Positions 51,645 through 62,639 of a stretch of 64,000 nucleotides of DNA are shown here, in pieces. Position numbers and translations under genes: made by a program. Below the pieces are notes generated by a model. It saw only the letters and a list, made by a program, of their open reading frames with translations, did not search any database and was not told where the DNA came from. Numbering within the stretch: position 1 is the stretch's first letter; the number at the start of each line of letters is the position of its first letter. Source of the DNA: Tolypothrix carrinoi HA7290-LM1 (lineage in GTDB: Bacteria > Cyanobacteriota > Cyanobacteriia > Cyanobacteriales > Nostocaceae); NCBI GenBank assembly GCA_019358935.1, contig JAHHIK010000027.1, positions 1-64,000 on the forward strand, read 5' to 3'.

Positions 51645-52532
51645 TTATATATCAGTATGGGAATTGCGCGATCGCGCTACAATGCCGTACATTAATGGTA
51701 GACTTGGCATATCTAGTGGTGGAAACATGCGCCGTCCCGAAGCTTCGCGCATCCGCTCAAATAGCTTGCAGCCATTGCTATATGGGTATTCTTTCAACAC
51801 TTCTAAAGTCAGCCCAGCTTGCAACAATGCTGTGACTATCTCCCCAATGCCCCACTGAAACTCATGGGAACGGTAGGGATTTTGAAAATTCTCAATACCT
51901 TTTTCGTAGCCCCAAGGTGTCAAACCACCGCTAGACTCAGCCACATAGTCGCTGATACCATCTTGCCAAGTTAGAGGCTTTCCCTCAGAGAAATAAGAGA
52001 ATTTGCGACTCCAATCTGTGTCAAACATCATCGCTACAGGGTGGAAATCCACGACAACAAAGCGTCCATCAGGTTTGAGAATGTTTGAAATTCCTTTTGC
52101 CCAAAGGCTGAGATTAGATATCCAACACACAGCCCCATAAGAAGAGAATACAATATCGAACTGCTCGTTTTTCTTCGCTGCTTCCTCCAGCCAATCAAAA
52201 ATATCAGCCCGATGAAAGGTTGCGGGAATTCCAGATTCCTCTGAGAGTTTTTGGGCAAAAGTAATTGCTTCGTCGCTAATATCTACCCCAGTACCTAAAG
52301 CACCAAGTTGCACCAGACTCAAAGTATCTTGCCCAGCATTGCATTGCAGATGAACCAAAGACAAGTTTGCAATATTTCCCAAAAGTTCCTTTTCTTCTGG
52401 AAATAGTGTACAGCCACCTTCTCTAAAAAACTTTGCTTGATTACCCTTATGGCTATTGTGCGCTTTGGTTGCTTCATTCCAAGACAAGCGATTCTCTTCA
52501 TGAAGTTCTTTTCTTAAAGGTGCGCTGCTCAT
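51645..52532 (-). CDS. Class I SAM-dependent methyltransferase
   Basis: VHLQCNAGQDT, GVDIS, FDIVFSS, LKPDG. Confidence 0.88.
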   Translation of the reverse strand: MSSAPLRKELHEENRLSWNEATKAHNSHKGNQAKFFREGGCTLFPEEKELLGNIANLSLVHLQCNAGQDTLSLVQLGALGTGVDISDEAITFAQKLSEESGIPATFHRADIFDWLEEAAKKNEQFDIVFSSYGAVCWISNLSLWAKGISNILKPDGRFVVVDFHPVAMMFDTDWSRKFSYFSEGKPLTWQDGISDYVAESSGGLTPWGYEKGIENFQNPYRSHEFQWGIGEIVTALLQAGLTLEVLKEYPYSNGCKLFERMREASGRRMFPPLDMPSLPLMYGIVARSRNSHTDI

Positions 52533-52654
52533 AATCTTGTTTATTTTACGAATGATAAATAAATTAAAGTTCGTAGTAACCACTAAAGTGGTTAAGCGCT
52601 GAAGCGCTTACTACGAACTTTAAAATACTTTCAGTTTAATTGTATTTACGCAGC

Positions 52655-52813
52655 TTACTTCCTAGCAATCACCCATATCGCGTGAACAATCCCCGGAATA
52701 TAGCCGAAAAGCGTCAAAACGATATTAATCCAAAAATCTATACCAATACCAACTTGCAAAAATACTCCCAGAGGTGGCAGAAATACAGCGCAAAGAATTC
52801 TAACTAAATCCAT
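52655..52813 (-). CDS. YqaE/Pmp3-family small membrane protein (not in ORF track)
   Basis: MDLVRILCAVFLPPLGVFLQVGIGIDFWINIVLTLFGYIPGIVHAIWVIARK; AGGAGG RBS. Confidence 0.92.
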   Translation of the reverse strand: MDLVRILCAVFLPPLGVFLQVGIGIDFWINIVLTLFGYIPGIVHAIWVIARK

Positions 52814-52978
52814 TTCAACCTCCTATTAATATAAAACCGAGCAGCCATGCTTGTTAATTTATCGCAACTGCTCAAACTTATTTCTACTTTTTAAGGTAAC
52901 ATCGCCTATATCTTTCTAGATACGGTTTACCACACTCACGCACCCTTGAAGAGCGATCGCACAAGTTTTAAGTTATTC

Positions 52979-53164
52979 TTAAGTTTGTTGAGGCGATCGC
53001 TTCTCTTGGATGACTTGCTTTAATTCTTCTATTGAGTTAAGTCGCTTGCCTTGAGTTTTAACTCGCACTGTCAATTCATGTAAGGCATCGTCGTCATCCC
53101 GGTGCTGCAAAACATAAGCTTTCAGTTCTTCATTGCTCATTGCAGCAAAATTAGGTTTTATCAT
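52979..53164 (-). CDS. Small protein (DUF6887-like)
   Basis: KPNF..MS..EL.AYVL.HRDD..A. Confidence 0.65.
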   Translation of the reverse strand: MIKPNFAAMSNEELKAYVLQHRDDDDALHELTVRVKTQGKRLNSIEELKQVIQEKRSPQQT

Positions 53165-53337
53165 AAATAATCCACGTTTCCTATTTTGTCAATTACTATT
53201 ACTATTTCTTCACCTGCTAGAATGACGACATTGCCAGTCCTTTCGTCGAGCCGAACTAGGTTAAGTGGTAGGTACATTTGGGTGAGGTTTTGGCACACCC
53301 TGAATAATTCCATTGTTTGCTCTACAGTCGGTTTCAT
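53161..53337 (-). CDS. Small protein (DUF6888-like)
   Basis: PT.EQ...F..CQ.LT.MY.P..LVR.DERT...ILAGEE; 4-nt overlap with partner. Confidence 0.65.
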   Translation of the reverse strand: MKPTVEQTMELFRVCQNLTQMYLPLNLVRLDERTGNVVILAGEEIVIVIDKIGNVDYL

Positions 53338-53348
53338 TACCACACCGA

Positions 53349-53693
53349 TTAACCACCGCTAATTTTCGCTTTGTAACCAAGCTTAATCAAAATCTCCAGA
53401 ATTTTCTGCTTGTGGTCGCCTTGAATTTCAATATCATTATCTTTAACTGTGCCACCTGTACCGCATTGGCTTTTCAACTGTTTCACCAAATCTGCTAAGG
53501 TTTCTGGTTTTGCTTGAAACCCAGTAATCACGGTGACAGTTTTACCTTTGCGTCCGCTGCGGGTAGCTTGTACGCGGACATTTTGTTGTTGCGGTGGTAG
53601 TTCTTGAGTTGGTCTTTCTAAAGCAGCGGAGTTATCATTACCAAATTCTTGGTAGACAATACGTTTGTCGGAGTTACCTTTTCCAGAAGCCAT
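53349..53693 (-). CDS. SUI1/YciH translation initiation factor
   Basis: RSGRKGKTVT, CGTGGTVKD, IEIQGDH. Confidence 0.92.
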   Translation of the reverse strand: MASGKGNSDKRIVYQEFGNDNSAALERPTQELPPQQQNVRVQATRSGRKGKTVTVITGFQAKPETLADLVKQLKSQCGTGGTVKDNDIEIQGDHKQKILEILIKLGYKAKISGG

Positions 53694-53913
53694 AATACAT
53701 CAATTAAAATTCAGCTTTAGGGATTGGGTAATCGGTAATCGGTAATCGGTAATTGGTAATCGGTAATCGGTAATTGGGAACGTGTTCTTTCCCATTCCCC
53801 ATTACCCATTCCCCATTACCCATTACCCCATTCCCCAATCATATTAAGCGATCGTATCTTATCTGCCTCAGACTTTTCTATAATTAAGTTCGTCCTGTCA
53901 TCGAAATTCATCT

Positions 53914-55149
53914 GTGACTACCACTCCCCTTCCTTCTCAATCAACTGCCCAAAGCCCTGATACTCAAGGACGTTTTGGACGCTTTGGCGGTAAGTATGTC
54001 CCAGAAACGCTGATGCCTGCTTTAGTTGAATTAGAAGCAGCTTATCAGCAATACCGCAATGACGCTGAATTTCAAGCTGAACTGCAACAATTGTTACGCG
54101 ATTATGTCGGACGCGCTACACCTTTGTATTTCGCCGAACGCCTTACCGCTCATTATGCCAGACCAGATGGCACGGGAGCGCAAATTTATTTAAAGCGTGA
54201 AGATTTAAATCACACTGGCGCTCATAAAATTAATAATGCTTTGGCTCAGGTTTTGCTAGCAAAGCGGATGGGCAAGCAGCGAATTATTGCCGAAACCGGT
54301 GCAGGACAACATGGAGTAGCTACAGCTACAGTTTGCGCTCGTTTTGGGCTGGAATGTGTGATTTACATGGGTGTTCACGACATGGAACGCCAAGCTTTAA
54401 ATGTGTTTAGAATGCGGTTAATGGGGGCAGAAGTGCGCCCGGTAGAAGCTGGTACTGGAACTTTGAAGGATGCAACTTCTGAGGCAATTCGGGATTGGGT
54501 AACGAATGTAGAGACGACTCATTATATCCTGGGTTCGGTGGCAGGACCTCATCCTTACCCGATGATAGTACGCGATTTTCATGCGGTGATTGGGCAAGAA
54601 ACCCGCGCTCAAGCGATGGAAAAATGGGGGGGTTTGCCAGATATTCTTCTGGCTTGCGTCGGTGGTGGTTCTAATGCGATGGGACTATTTCATGAGTTTG
54701 TCAAGGAATCTTCTGTGCGCTTAATTGGTGTGGAAGCAGCCGGCGAAGGTGTAAATACAGAAAAACACGCTGCAACCTTGACAAAAGGACAAATAGGTGT
54801 ATTGCACGGAGCGATGAGCTATTTGTTGCAAGATGAGGATGGGCAAGTAATTGAAGCTCATTCGATTAGTGCGGGGTTAGATTATCCTGGTGTGGGTCCA
54901 GAACACAGTTATTTAAAGGATACTGCGCGTGCAGAATATTACAGCGTCACAGATGAAGAGGCTTTGGCGGCGTTTCGGATGCTGTCGCAGTTAGAGGGAA
55001 TTATACCAGCATTAGAAACGGCTCATGCGATCGCCTACTTAAATACTTTATGCCCGCAGTTAAATGGTAGTCCCAAAATTGTCATTAACTGCTCTGGACG
55101 CGGTGACAAAGATGTGCAAACTGTAGCCAAATTCTTAGGGAATGGGTAA
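53914..55149 (+). CDS. trpB: Tryptophan synthase beta subunit
   Basis: [39 protein letters not shown]. Confidence 0.97.
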   Translation: MTTTPLPSQSTAQSPDTQGRFGRFGGKYVPETLMPALVELEAAYQQYRNDAEFQAELQQLLRDYVGRATPLYFAERLTAHYARPDGTGAQIYLKREDLNHTGAHKINNALAQVLLAKRMGKQRIIAETGAGQHGVATATVCARFGLECVIYMGVHDMERQALNVFRMRLMGAEVRPVEAGTGTLKDATSEAIRDWVTNVETTHYILGSVAGPHPYPMIVRDFHAVIGQETRAQAMEKWGGLPDILLACVGGGSNAMGLFHEFVKESSVRLIGVEAAGEGVNTEKHAATLTKGQIGVLHGAMSYLLQDEDGQVIEAHSISAGLDYPGVGPEHSYLKDTARAEYYSVTDEEALAAFRMLSQLEGIIPALETAHAIAYLNTLCPQLNGSPKIVINCSGRGDKDVQTVAKFLGNG

Positions 55150-55330
55150 TGGGTAATGGGGCATGGGGCATCGGGCATGGGGCATCGGGCATGGGGCATC
55201 GGGCATGGGGCATCGGGCATAGTCCTTTGTGAAATACGCGATCGCTTCTTTTTATTCCCATTGCCCATTGCCCATTGCCCATTGCCCATTGCCCATTGCC
55301 CATTGCCCATTGCCCATTGCCCATTGCCCA
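55140..55330. repeat. Opposed STRR tracts (GGGCAT.)n / (CCATTGC)n
   Basis: Tandem 7-mers downstream of trpB. Confidence 0.9.
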
Positions 55331-55479
55331 AATTGTTAAATTTTTATTTTGATTTGCTCGCCCGTCGCTCTTATTGTAATTAAATACTCTAACTAAGGCG
55401 ATCGCAATGTGCAAATATTTCCTAACATCCCGGAATACTGAAAAGTCTACGGGTATATCAGGAAACAAAAAAGCAGGGG

Positions 55480-56064
55480 ATGCGTCTAAAAACTCTACAT
55501 ATTACTCAACTCTTCATGTTTCGACAAACTGCTTTTGGCATCGCTTTCAGTGCGCTTGTCCTAGCCAGTGGATTAACGAGCAGTCCTGTACCAGGTCACA
55601 CGACGAAAAAAAACAGCGATCATCAGCCGTTGTCGATTGGGTCTAGTCAAGTTGCATTGTCCCCTACTACTACTTTTAAAACCACTGCTCTAGAAAAATC
55701 AGTTTTTGACCAAATTAATCGCTATCGAGTTTCTAAGGGCTTGTCAAAACTGACTTTAAATGCAAACATCACTCGCCAAGCAAGGATTCACAGTCAAAAT
55801 ATGGCTAATGGTAAAGTTCTGTTTAGTCACAAGGGGTTTGAAAAGCGAGTCAATTCTGTCCCGATTAAATACAAGAGTGCGGCAGAAAATGTAGCTTTTA
55901 ACCAAGGCTATAGCGATCCAGCAAGCCAAGCTATGACTGGTTGGATCAACAGTCCCGGACATCTAAAAAACATTAAAGGCAAATACAACTTAACTGGGAT
56001 TGGTGTTGCTGCTAATAGTGAAGGCGAAGTTTATCTGACACAGATTTTTATTAGCAATAAATAG
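55480..56064 (+). CDS. CAP/SCP domain protein
   Basis: IN.YR, HS.NMA, AENVA, WINSPGH..NI. Confidence 0.9.
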   Translation: MRLKTLHITQLFMFRQTAFGIAFSALVLASGLTSSPVPGHTTKKNSDHQPLSIGSSQVALSPTTTFKTTALEKSVFDQINRYRVSKGLSKLTLNANITRQARIHSQNMANGKVLFSHKGFEKRVNSVPIKYKSAAENVAFNQGYSDPASQAMTGWINSPGHLKNIKGKYNLTGIGVAANSEGEVYLTQIFISNK

Positions 56065-56349
56065 GGATTAGTTAGTGGGTAGTGGATAGTGGATAGTGGG
56101 CATGGGGCATGGGGCATGGGGCATGGGGCATGGGGCATGGGGCATGGGGGAGCCAGTGCGTTGGAAAGGCTCTGCCGACTTGAAGCATAGCCGCGTCATG
56201 GCGACTGGAAAAAGAATTATTACCCATTACCCATTACCCATTCCCAATTCCCAATGCCCAATGCCCATTGCCCAATGCCCACTAACAACTAACCACTAAC
56301 TACTAACTATCAGGTAATATGAGTTATTAAACCGGACTTAATTCAATTC

Positions 56350-56973
56350 ATGGAAGATTTTCAGGTTTGCGATCGCGACCTTAATGACGCTGCCTTATCG
56401 CAATATTTAGAATCGGAGGCGATCGCAGTCGATACGGAAACGATGGGATTATTGCCAGTGCGCGATCGCTTGTGTCTTGTCCAGTTGTGCAATCATGAGG
56501 GTAAAGTTACCGCAATCCGCATTGCTAAAGGGCAAACCGACTCCCCAAACTTAAAAAAACTCCTAGAAGCAACGAATATTGTTAAGATTTTTCACTTTGC
56601 TCGCTTCGACCTTGCTACCTTGCGTTATCATCTCGGCATCCAAGTTAATCCTGTATTTTGCACCAAAATTGCGAGTAAGTTAGCGCGTACTTACACTAAT
56701 CGCCACGGACTCAAAGATGTGGTGCAAGAATTGGAACAAGTCGAACTCGATAAAAGCGCTCAAAGTTCAGACTGGGGAAACGCTGCTAATTTATCAGCAT
56801 CTCAATTAAGTTACGCTGCTAATGATGTGCGCTACTTAATTAGCGTCCGACAAAAACTGATAGAAATGCTCACTAGAGAAGAACGTTGGCAAATCGCACA
56901 AGAATGTTTTCAGTGTTTACCAACTATAGTTTCCTTAGATTTGTCGCAATTTAAGGATGTATTTGAACATTGA
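56350..56973 (+). CDS. RNase D-like DEDDy 3'-5' exonuclease
   Basis: AVDTET, HFARFD, QSSDW, YAANDV. Confidence 0.9.
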   Translation: MEDFQVCDRDLNDAALSQYLESEAIAVDTETMGLLPVRDRLCLVQLCNHEGKVTAIRIAKGQTDSPNLKKLLEATNIVKIFHFARFDLATLRYHLGIQVNPVFCTKIASKLARTYTNRHGLKDVVQELEQVELDKSAQSSDWGNAANLSASQLSYAANDVRYLISVRQKLIEMLTREERWQIAQECFQCLPTIVSLDLSQFKDVFEH

Positions 56974-57077
56974 TAAGTTAGCTACGCTCTCGTCAAGAGT
57001 CAAAAAGTCAAAAGTCCATAACTGTTGACTCTTGACTCTTGACTACTGACTATTGACTATTGACTGTTGACTCTTAA

Positions 57078-57746
57078 TTACACCTTTTTGTTTTGTGTTT
57101 CGGCGTGATTTTTCAAGCGCTCTACAACATTGTAGTCATCTGCGCCTGCGGGAGTCTTTGATTCTACAATACCCTCAGTTGGACCGCCGACAGCTTTCCA
57201 TGCAGCAAGACCACCTTTGAGTGCTGAGACATGCTCAAATCCAGCAGAACGAAGTGCTTGTGCGGCTTGGTTCGTTTCTTCGTCATTTGCGCCGTAAACG
57301 TAAATATCACGGCTTTTAGCTAAACTTGGGGTTGCGCGGTCTACCAATTCATCGATTGGCATTGGCATTGCGCCCATGATATGACCATCATTATAGGTCA
57401 TGCGATCGCGCACATCCAAAATTGTAAAAGCTGGTTCACCCCATTCCAGACGCGATTTCAGTACATGAACATCAGATTGGGGGTCAATTGGTGGCTGTGA
57501 AGGAATAACATCCCCTACTACATTATTGACAGCGTTCTTACCAGCTTGTCCTACCTTATTCGCTGCATCTGCGACATTCTTCCCTGCTGATTCTGCGGTA
57601 TTTTTAGCGGATTCTGCGACATCCTTGGCTGAAGAAGCAACATCCTTTGCTGCTGATTGTGCTGTATCCTTAGCAGATTCTGCTGTTTCTTTGGCAGATT
57701 CTGCCGCATTCTTCGCTGCTGATTCGATATTGTTTTCTGATTCCAT
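57078..57746 (-). CDS. Rhodanese-domain protein with N-terminal Ala/Ser/Lys repeat extension
   Basis: ILDVR...GHI.GA, LKGGLAAW; (ESAK.AA)-type repeats. Confidence 0.85.
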   Translation of the reverse strand: MESENNIESAAKNAAESAKETAESAKDTAQSAAKDVASSAKDVAESAKNTAESAGKNVADAANKVGQAGKNAVNNVVGDVIPSQPPIDPQSDVHVLKSRLEWGEPAFTILDVRDRMTYNDGHIMGAMPMPIDELVDRATPSLAKSRDIYVYGANDEETNQAAQALRSAGFEHVSALKGGLAAWKAVGGPTEGIVESKTPAGADDYNVVERLKNHAETQNKKV

Positions 57747-57881
57747 ACATCCCTCGCCGATTATGTTAATATCAGTAATTTAGCAAACACTAAAAATTTA
57801 CTCTCTCTTTCCTGGGTATGAAGCTTGTAAATATCCCCCTTCAGATAGACTTAATCAATGAAATAAATCTTACCAGCTTAT

Positions 57882-57992
57882 CAGTAGACTTTTTACACTG
57901 ACTTGGGAAAAAGGGTTAAGGCAAAGGGAAAAAAGGTTTTCTAACCTTTGCCCACAATAGCGTCAAACAAACTTTTGCTCATAAGTCTACTG
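57882..57992. mobile_element. Possible MITE
   Basis: 10-bp terminal inverted repeat CAGTAGACTT...AAGTCTACTG. Confidence 0.45.
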
Positions 57993-58358
57993 TGTAATAT
58001 AATCAACCAATACTAGAGAAAAAACTTTTTTATCTTACTGAAAATTATTTGGGATAGTTTATCGACATCTGATTCAAATTTCATGCACTAATAATAAGAA
58101 CATAAATAAAATTTATATTAGTCTCTCGCCAAAGGGCGATCGCATCCCCTCCTACCGCACTATTCACAAGGTTTACCAGGCTGTGATGTCTGACGATAAA
58201 CCGATGCAGCGTCTACACCAATTAAAATCAAAACTTTGCACAATCTGCTAAAAACAGAGATAATATCGTGTTCGGTTAAAGACTTATTATTCAGACCGCA
58301 GCTTTGCAGGGGGACAATTTATTTCTATTACCTATTACCTATTACCTATTCCCAATGA

Positions 58359-59420
58359 TTAACTAGTAAGTCTCTGACACACCAATTCAGCCGCTAAATG
58401 TATCGCTGCTTTCATCGAAGTAGCATCGGCAATTCCTTTACCTGCAATATCAAATGCTGTCCCGTGATCTGGTGAAGTCCGCACAAAAGGAAGACCGATA
58501 GAAGTATTAACCGCTCTATCAAATGCCATCAATTTCACAGGAATTAAACCTTGGTCGTGGTAAAGTGCTAAATAAGCATCAGCAGGATTAAGGATAGCAG
58601 CATTTCCATACCACGCTTGACCAGGCTTCACCCACATTGTATCCGGCGGGACTGGACCATCTAACTGAAATAATGGTCTATTTTTACGCTCTTGTTCTAA
58701 CCAGGGAATTAGCCAATCTTGTTCTTCATGTCCTAGTTGTCCCTGTTCGCCACTGTGGGGATTTAAACCAGCGATCGCTATTCTTCCATTTTCTATCCCA
58801 AAGTCTTTTTCTAAACATTCCACCAGCAAATCTAATTTATTTGTCATTAACTGCGGTGTTAATACCTGGGGTACTTGACTTAATGGAATATGTGTGGTGG
58901 CAACTAAAGTGCGGAGTGTCCAATTAGTGTGAGGCGATCGCGCCACAAATAACATCCCAAAGCGGTCAACTCCAGACTTTTCTGCTAAAAGTTCAGTTTG
59001 CCCAGGATAATTATATCCTGCCGCCTTCCATGCAGATTTAGCGATTGGACCTGTAACGATCGCATCGAATTTACCAGATAGTGTGTGAGCGATCGCAGTC
59101 TCCATATAAGCAAAACTAGCCTTACCACTAGCTGCATTACCAATCCCGGTGATAATTTCACCTTGGGAAGGAACATCCAAAACTGACAAATCAGCCGGAT
59201 TTGCCATCAAATCTAAATTCCCACTTAAATTAAACTTAATATAAGCTTGTATCAATAAATCCCGGCTTCCTACCACTGTTAGATCGCAGTTTTTGCTAAC
59301 ATCGGGATCTGCCAAAGCCTTCAAAACCACCTCTGGTCCAATCCCAGCCGGATCTCCCAACGTCACCACCAGACGCGGACGCTGTTGTTTATGAGATGTT
59401 ACCGTAACATTTGAATACAT
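58359..59420 (-). CDS. pdxA: 4-hydroxythreonine-4-phosphate dehydrogenase
   Basis: [37 protein letters not shown]. Confidence 0.95.
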   Translation of the reverse strand: MYSNVTVTSHKQQRPRLVVTLGDPAGIGPEVVLKALADPDVSKNCDLTVVGSRDLLIQAYIKFNLSGNLDLMANPADLSVLDVPSQGEIITGIGNAASGKASFAYMETAIAHTLSGKFDAIVTGPIAKSAWKAAGYNYPGQTELLAEKSGVDRFGMLFVARSPHTNWTLRTLVATTHIPLSQVPQVLTPQLMTNKLDLLVECLEKDFGIENGRIAIAGLNPHSGEQGQLGHEEQDWLIPWLEQERKNRPLFQLDGPVPPDTMWVKPGQAWYGNAAILNPADAYLALYHDQGLIPVKLMAFDRAVNTSIGLPFVRTSPDHGTAFDIAGKGIADATSMKAAIHLAAELVCQRLTS

Positions 59421-59495
59421 ATGATTTAAAATCCTACTAAAAAAGCTAGGGATTGGGCATTGGGCATTGGGCATTGGGCATGGGTAATGGGTAAT

Positions 59496-59554
59496 GGTGA
59501 GTCCAGCGAGAAAGGGAGGGTTTCCCTCCGCAGGCGACTGGCGAACCCGAAGGG
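59496..59554 (+). repeat. Small dispersed structured element inside an STRR tract
   Basis: GGTGAGTCCAGCG...GGAGGGTTTCCCTCC...CGACTGGCGAACCCGAAGGG. Confidence 0.8.
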
Positions 59555-59700
59555 CTAATGGGTAATGGGATAAATTCTTCCTTGTCCCCACGCCCGTCGC
59601 CCTTGTCCCCCTTGTCCCCCTTGTCCCCACACCCGTCGCCCAGCCCTTCTGGTAGACTGAGTTTATATAAATTAACCATTCGTAGAGGAGAATTAGACCA

Positions 59701-59805
59701 ATGACCGAAATTGTGGCAGCAGCGCTATTACCCGTCGCTTTAATCTTCATAGGCTGGGGTTTGGGTGTATTGTTGCTGAAGATTCAGGGCGCAGAACCAG
59801 AATAA
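59701..59805 (+). CDS. petM: Cytochrome b6f subunit PetM (not in ORF track)
   Basis: [43 protein letters not shown]; upstream of ycf39. Confidence 0.88.
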   Translation: MTEIVAAALLPVALIFIGWGLGVLLLKIQGAEPE

Positions 59806-59957
59806 TCGTTCTACTGAGCCGATATTAAAAGGGGAGAGGCGACAAAAAAAGTCTCTCTCACCAGATCGGTTTGTTAAAAATATTGTAAACTTTTGTTTGC
59901 ATATGCGAGTCTGATAAGATTCTATTAATAAAACTTTAAGATTTTTTACAAAGCCCC

Positions 59958-60944
59958 ATGACATTATTAATCGTCGGTGCCACTGGCACCTTGGGAAGAC
60001 AAGTGGCTCGTCGTGCTATCGATGAGGGCTATAAGGTACGCTGTCTTGTCCGGAGTGCTAAAAAAGCTGCATTTCTAAAAGAATGGGGCGCAGAACTCGT
60101 ACCAGGAGACTTGTGTTATCCCCAAAGCCTCACAGCCGCACTTGAAGGTATAACCGCAGTCATTGATGCCTCAACATCTCGTCCTACCGACTCACTGAGT
60201 ATTAAACAAGTAGACTGGGATGGCAAGGTAGCATTAATTCAAGCAGCTCAAGCCGCAGGTGTAGAACGTTTTATCTTCTTTTCTATTCTCAATGCCGATA
60301 AATATCCAGAAGTACCCTTGATGGAAATTAAGCGGTGTACAGAACTCTTTTTGGCAGAGTCCGGCTTGAATTATACTATTTTGCAGCTGGCTGGCTTTAT
60401 GCAAGGGTTAATCGGTCAATATGGAATTCCGATTTTGGAAGGACAACCAGTTTGGGTGACGGGTGAATCTTCCCCCATCGCTTACATGGACACTCAAGAC
60501 ATTGCTAAGTTTGCTATCCGCGCTTTGAGCGTTCCAGAAACGCAAAAGCAAGCTTTTCCGGTGGTGGGTACTCGCGCTTGGAGTGCCCAGGAAATCATTA
60601 GCTTGTGCGAAGGCTTGTCTGGAAAAGAAGCGAAAATAACCCGGATGCCATTAAACTTACTGCGAGCAGTGCGGAACATAACGCGGTTCTTTCAGTGGGG
60701 ATGGAACGTTGCTGACAGACTAGCGTTTACAGAAGTATTGGCAAGTGGTAAACCGCTAAATGCCTCAATGGATGAAGTATACAAAGTTTTTGGGTTAGAC
60801 CAACAAGAAACCACCACCTTGGAAAGCTACCTACAAGAGTACTTCAGCCGAATTATGAAAAAACTTAAAGAAATAGACTACGAAAAAACTAAAGCCAAAA
60901 AGAAGAAGGAAAAAAGAAGCCCCTTTAAAAAGACTTCAAATTAG
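59958..60944 (+). CDS. ycf39: Ycf39-like NAD(P)-binding atypical SDR
   Basis: GATGTLGRQV, FLKEWGAELV, WNVADRLAF. Confidence 0.85.
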   Translation: MTLLIVGATGTLGRQVARRAIDEGYKVRCLVRSAKKAAFLKEWGAELVPGDLCYPQSLTAALEGITAVIDASTSRPTDSLSIKQVDWDGKVALIQAAQAAGVERFIFFSILNADKYPEVPLMEIKRCTELFLAESGLNYTILQLAGFMQGLIGQYGIPILEGQPVWVTGESSPIAYMDTQDIAKFAIRALSVPETQKQAFPVVGTRAWSAQEIISLCEGLSGKEAKITRMPLNLLRAVRNITRFFQWGWNVADRLAFTEVLASGKPLNASMDEVYKVFGLDQQETTTLESYLQEYFSRIMKKLKEIDYEKTKAKKKKEKRSPFKKTSN

Positions 60945-61135
60945 CTAAGTGTCAATGGGCAATGGGCACGCTCGATTGGGGGCACGCTCGATTGGGGGCT
61001 TTTCCCTTTCCCCCTCTTCAAATCCCCATGCCCCATGCCCGATGCCCGCTTGCCCAATTCCCAATTCCCACATTGTCCAAAATGTGTCACGATTAACATA
61101 ATATAGAGCATCGCAAGCAAGTTGGATATTTGAAT

Positions 61136-62053
61136 GTGCCGAAAGCAGGCATTATTTACAACGACGTTAAACCGATAGCGAGTCGCGTTGCTATCGAACT
61201 GCAAGACAAACTAACCGCAGCCGGTTGGGATGTTTCCGTCACAGCGGGTATCGGTGGTATGCTGGGCTACTCTACCCCAGAGAGTCCTGTATGCCACACG
61301 CCAATTGAGGGTCTGACACCCCCTGGTTTTGACTCAGAAATGAAGTTTGTCGTGGTGTTAGGGGGAGATGGGACTGTTTTGGCTGCCTCTCGCCAAGTTG
61401 CCCCCTGTGGCATTCCATTGCTAGCGGTGAATACCGGTCATATGGGGTTTTTGACCGAGGCTTACCTCAACCAATTGCCCCAAGCAATAGAACAGTTGAT
61501 TCTGGGTGAGTATGAAATTGAAGAGCGGGTAATGCTTACCGTCAAAGTGTTTCGCTCTGAGTCGGTGTTGTGGGAAGCCCTCTGCTTGAATGAAATGGTG
61601 CTGCATCGAGAACCGCTAACCTCAATGTGCCATTTTGAAATTGTCATAGGAGGTCATGCGCCAGTAGATATTGCCGCAGATGGTGTGATTATTTCTACAC
61701 CAACGGGTTCTACAGCTTATTCGTTGAGTGCTGGTGGACCGGTGGTAACTCCAGGAGTACCTGTATTGCAATTAGTGCCGATTTGCCCTCATTCTCTCGC
61801 TTCTAGGGCGTTGGTGTTTCCTGATAGTGAGCCAGTAAACATTTACCCAGTAAATATTCCTCGCCTAGTGATGGTGGTGGATGGTAACGGCGGGTGCTAT
61901 GTTCTGCCACAAGATCGGGTATATTTAGAGCGATCGCAATATACTGCCCGATTTATTCGCTTGCAACCACCAGAGTTTTTCCGCATTTTACGAGAAAAAT
62001 TAGGTTGGGGTCTACCACACATCGCCAAACCAACCTCGGTAGAATTGCCTTAA
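61136..62053 (+). CDS. nadK: NAD(+) kinase
   Basis: GGDGT, G.MGFL, LNE, DG...[15 protein letters not shown]. Confidence 0.93.
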   Translation: MPKAGIIYNDVKPIASRVAIELQDKLTAAGWDVSVTAGIGGMLGYSTPESPVCHTPIEGLTPPGFDSEMKFVVVLGGDGTVLAASRQVAPCGIPLLAVNTGHMGFLTEAYLNQLPQAIEQLILGEYEIEERVMLTVKVFRSESVLWEALCLNEMVLHREPLTSMCHFEIVIGGHAPVDIAADGVIISTPTGSTAYSLSAGGPVVTPGVPVLQLVPICPHSLASRALVFPDSEPVNIYPVNIPRLVMVVDGNGGCYVLPQDRVYLERSQYTARFIRLQPPEFFRILREKLGWGLPHIAKPTSVELP

Positions 62054-62172
62054 TTGGGAATTGGGAATTGGGCATTGGGCATTGGTAATTGGGAAAAAGG
62101 TAATTGGTAATTGGGCATGGGGCATTGGGCATGGGGTATTGGGAATTATTTCTATTACCCATTACCCATTAC

Positions 62173-62411
62173 CCCAACTCTAGAGCCAGAGCCGGCACTC
62201 CTGGAAACCCTCCCTTTCTCGCTGGACTCACCATTACCCATTACCCCAACTCTAGAGCCAGAGCCGGCACTCCTGGAAACCCTCCCTTTCTCGCTGGACT
62301 CACCATTCCCCATTACCCATTCGCTATTACCCATTCCCCATTACCCATTCCCCCAACTCTAGAGCCAGAGCCGGCACTCCTGGAAACCCTCCCTTTCTCG
62401 CTGGACTCACC
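62173..62411 (-). repeat. Three 60-bp copies of a structured element embedded in STRR
   Basis: CCCAACTCTAGAGCCAGAGCCGGCACTCCTGGAAACCCTCCCTTTCTCGCTGGACTCACC at 62173, 62245, 62352. Confidence 0.9.
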
Positions 62412-62639
62412 ATTCCCCATTCCCCATGCCCATTCCCCAGTAATTTTGAATAAGTTATTAAAATTGTTGCATCTGCGAGTTTAATCGCCGATACTTGAAC
62501 GTGCGTTTAACATGGTAGACAAAGTGCCCAACTAGGATTGCTCTATCATCAAAAACACGTAAATTGCACTTTTACCTGATGTACAGACGTTTGACAGCAC
62601 AGAAGATTGAATTTCAATATCATTACTCCACGCATTAAT

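Noticed and set aside
59421..59750. 110-aa N-terminal extension of PdxA in the ORF track
   Set aside because: Runs through repeats and overlaps petM on the other strand; the ATG at 59420 is the plausible start
62173..62411. Three 60-bp repeats as a CRISPR array, and ORFs 62104-62484 and 62111-62362
   Set aside because: Spacers are STRR heptamers; the ORFs are translations of repeats
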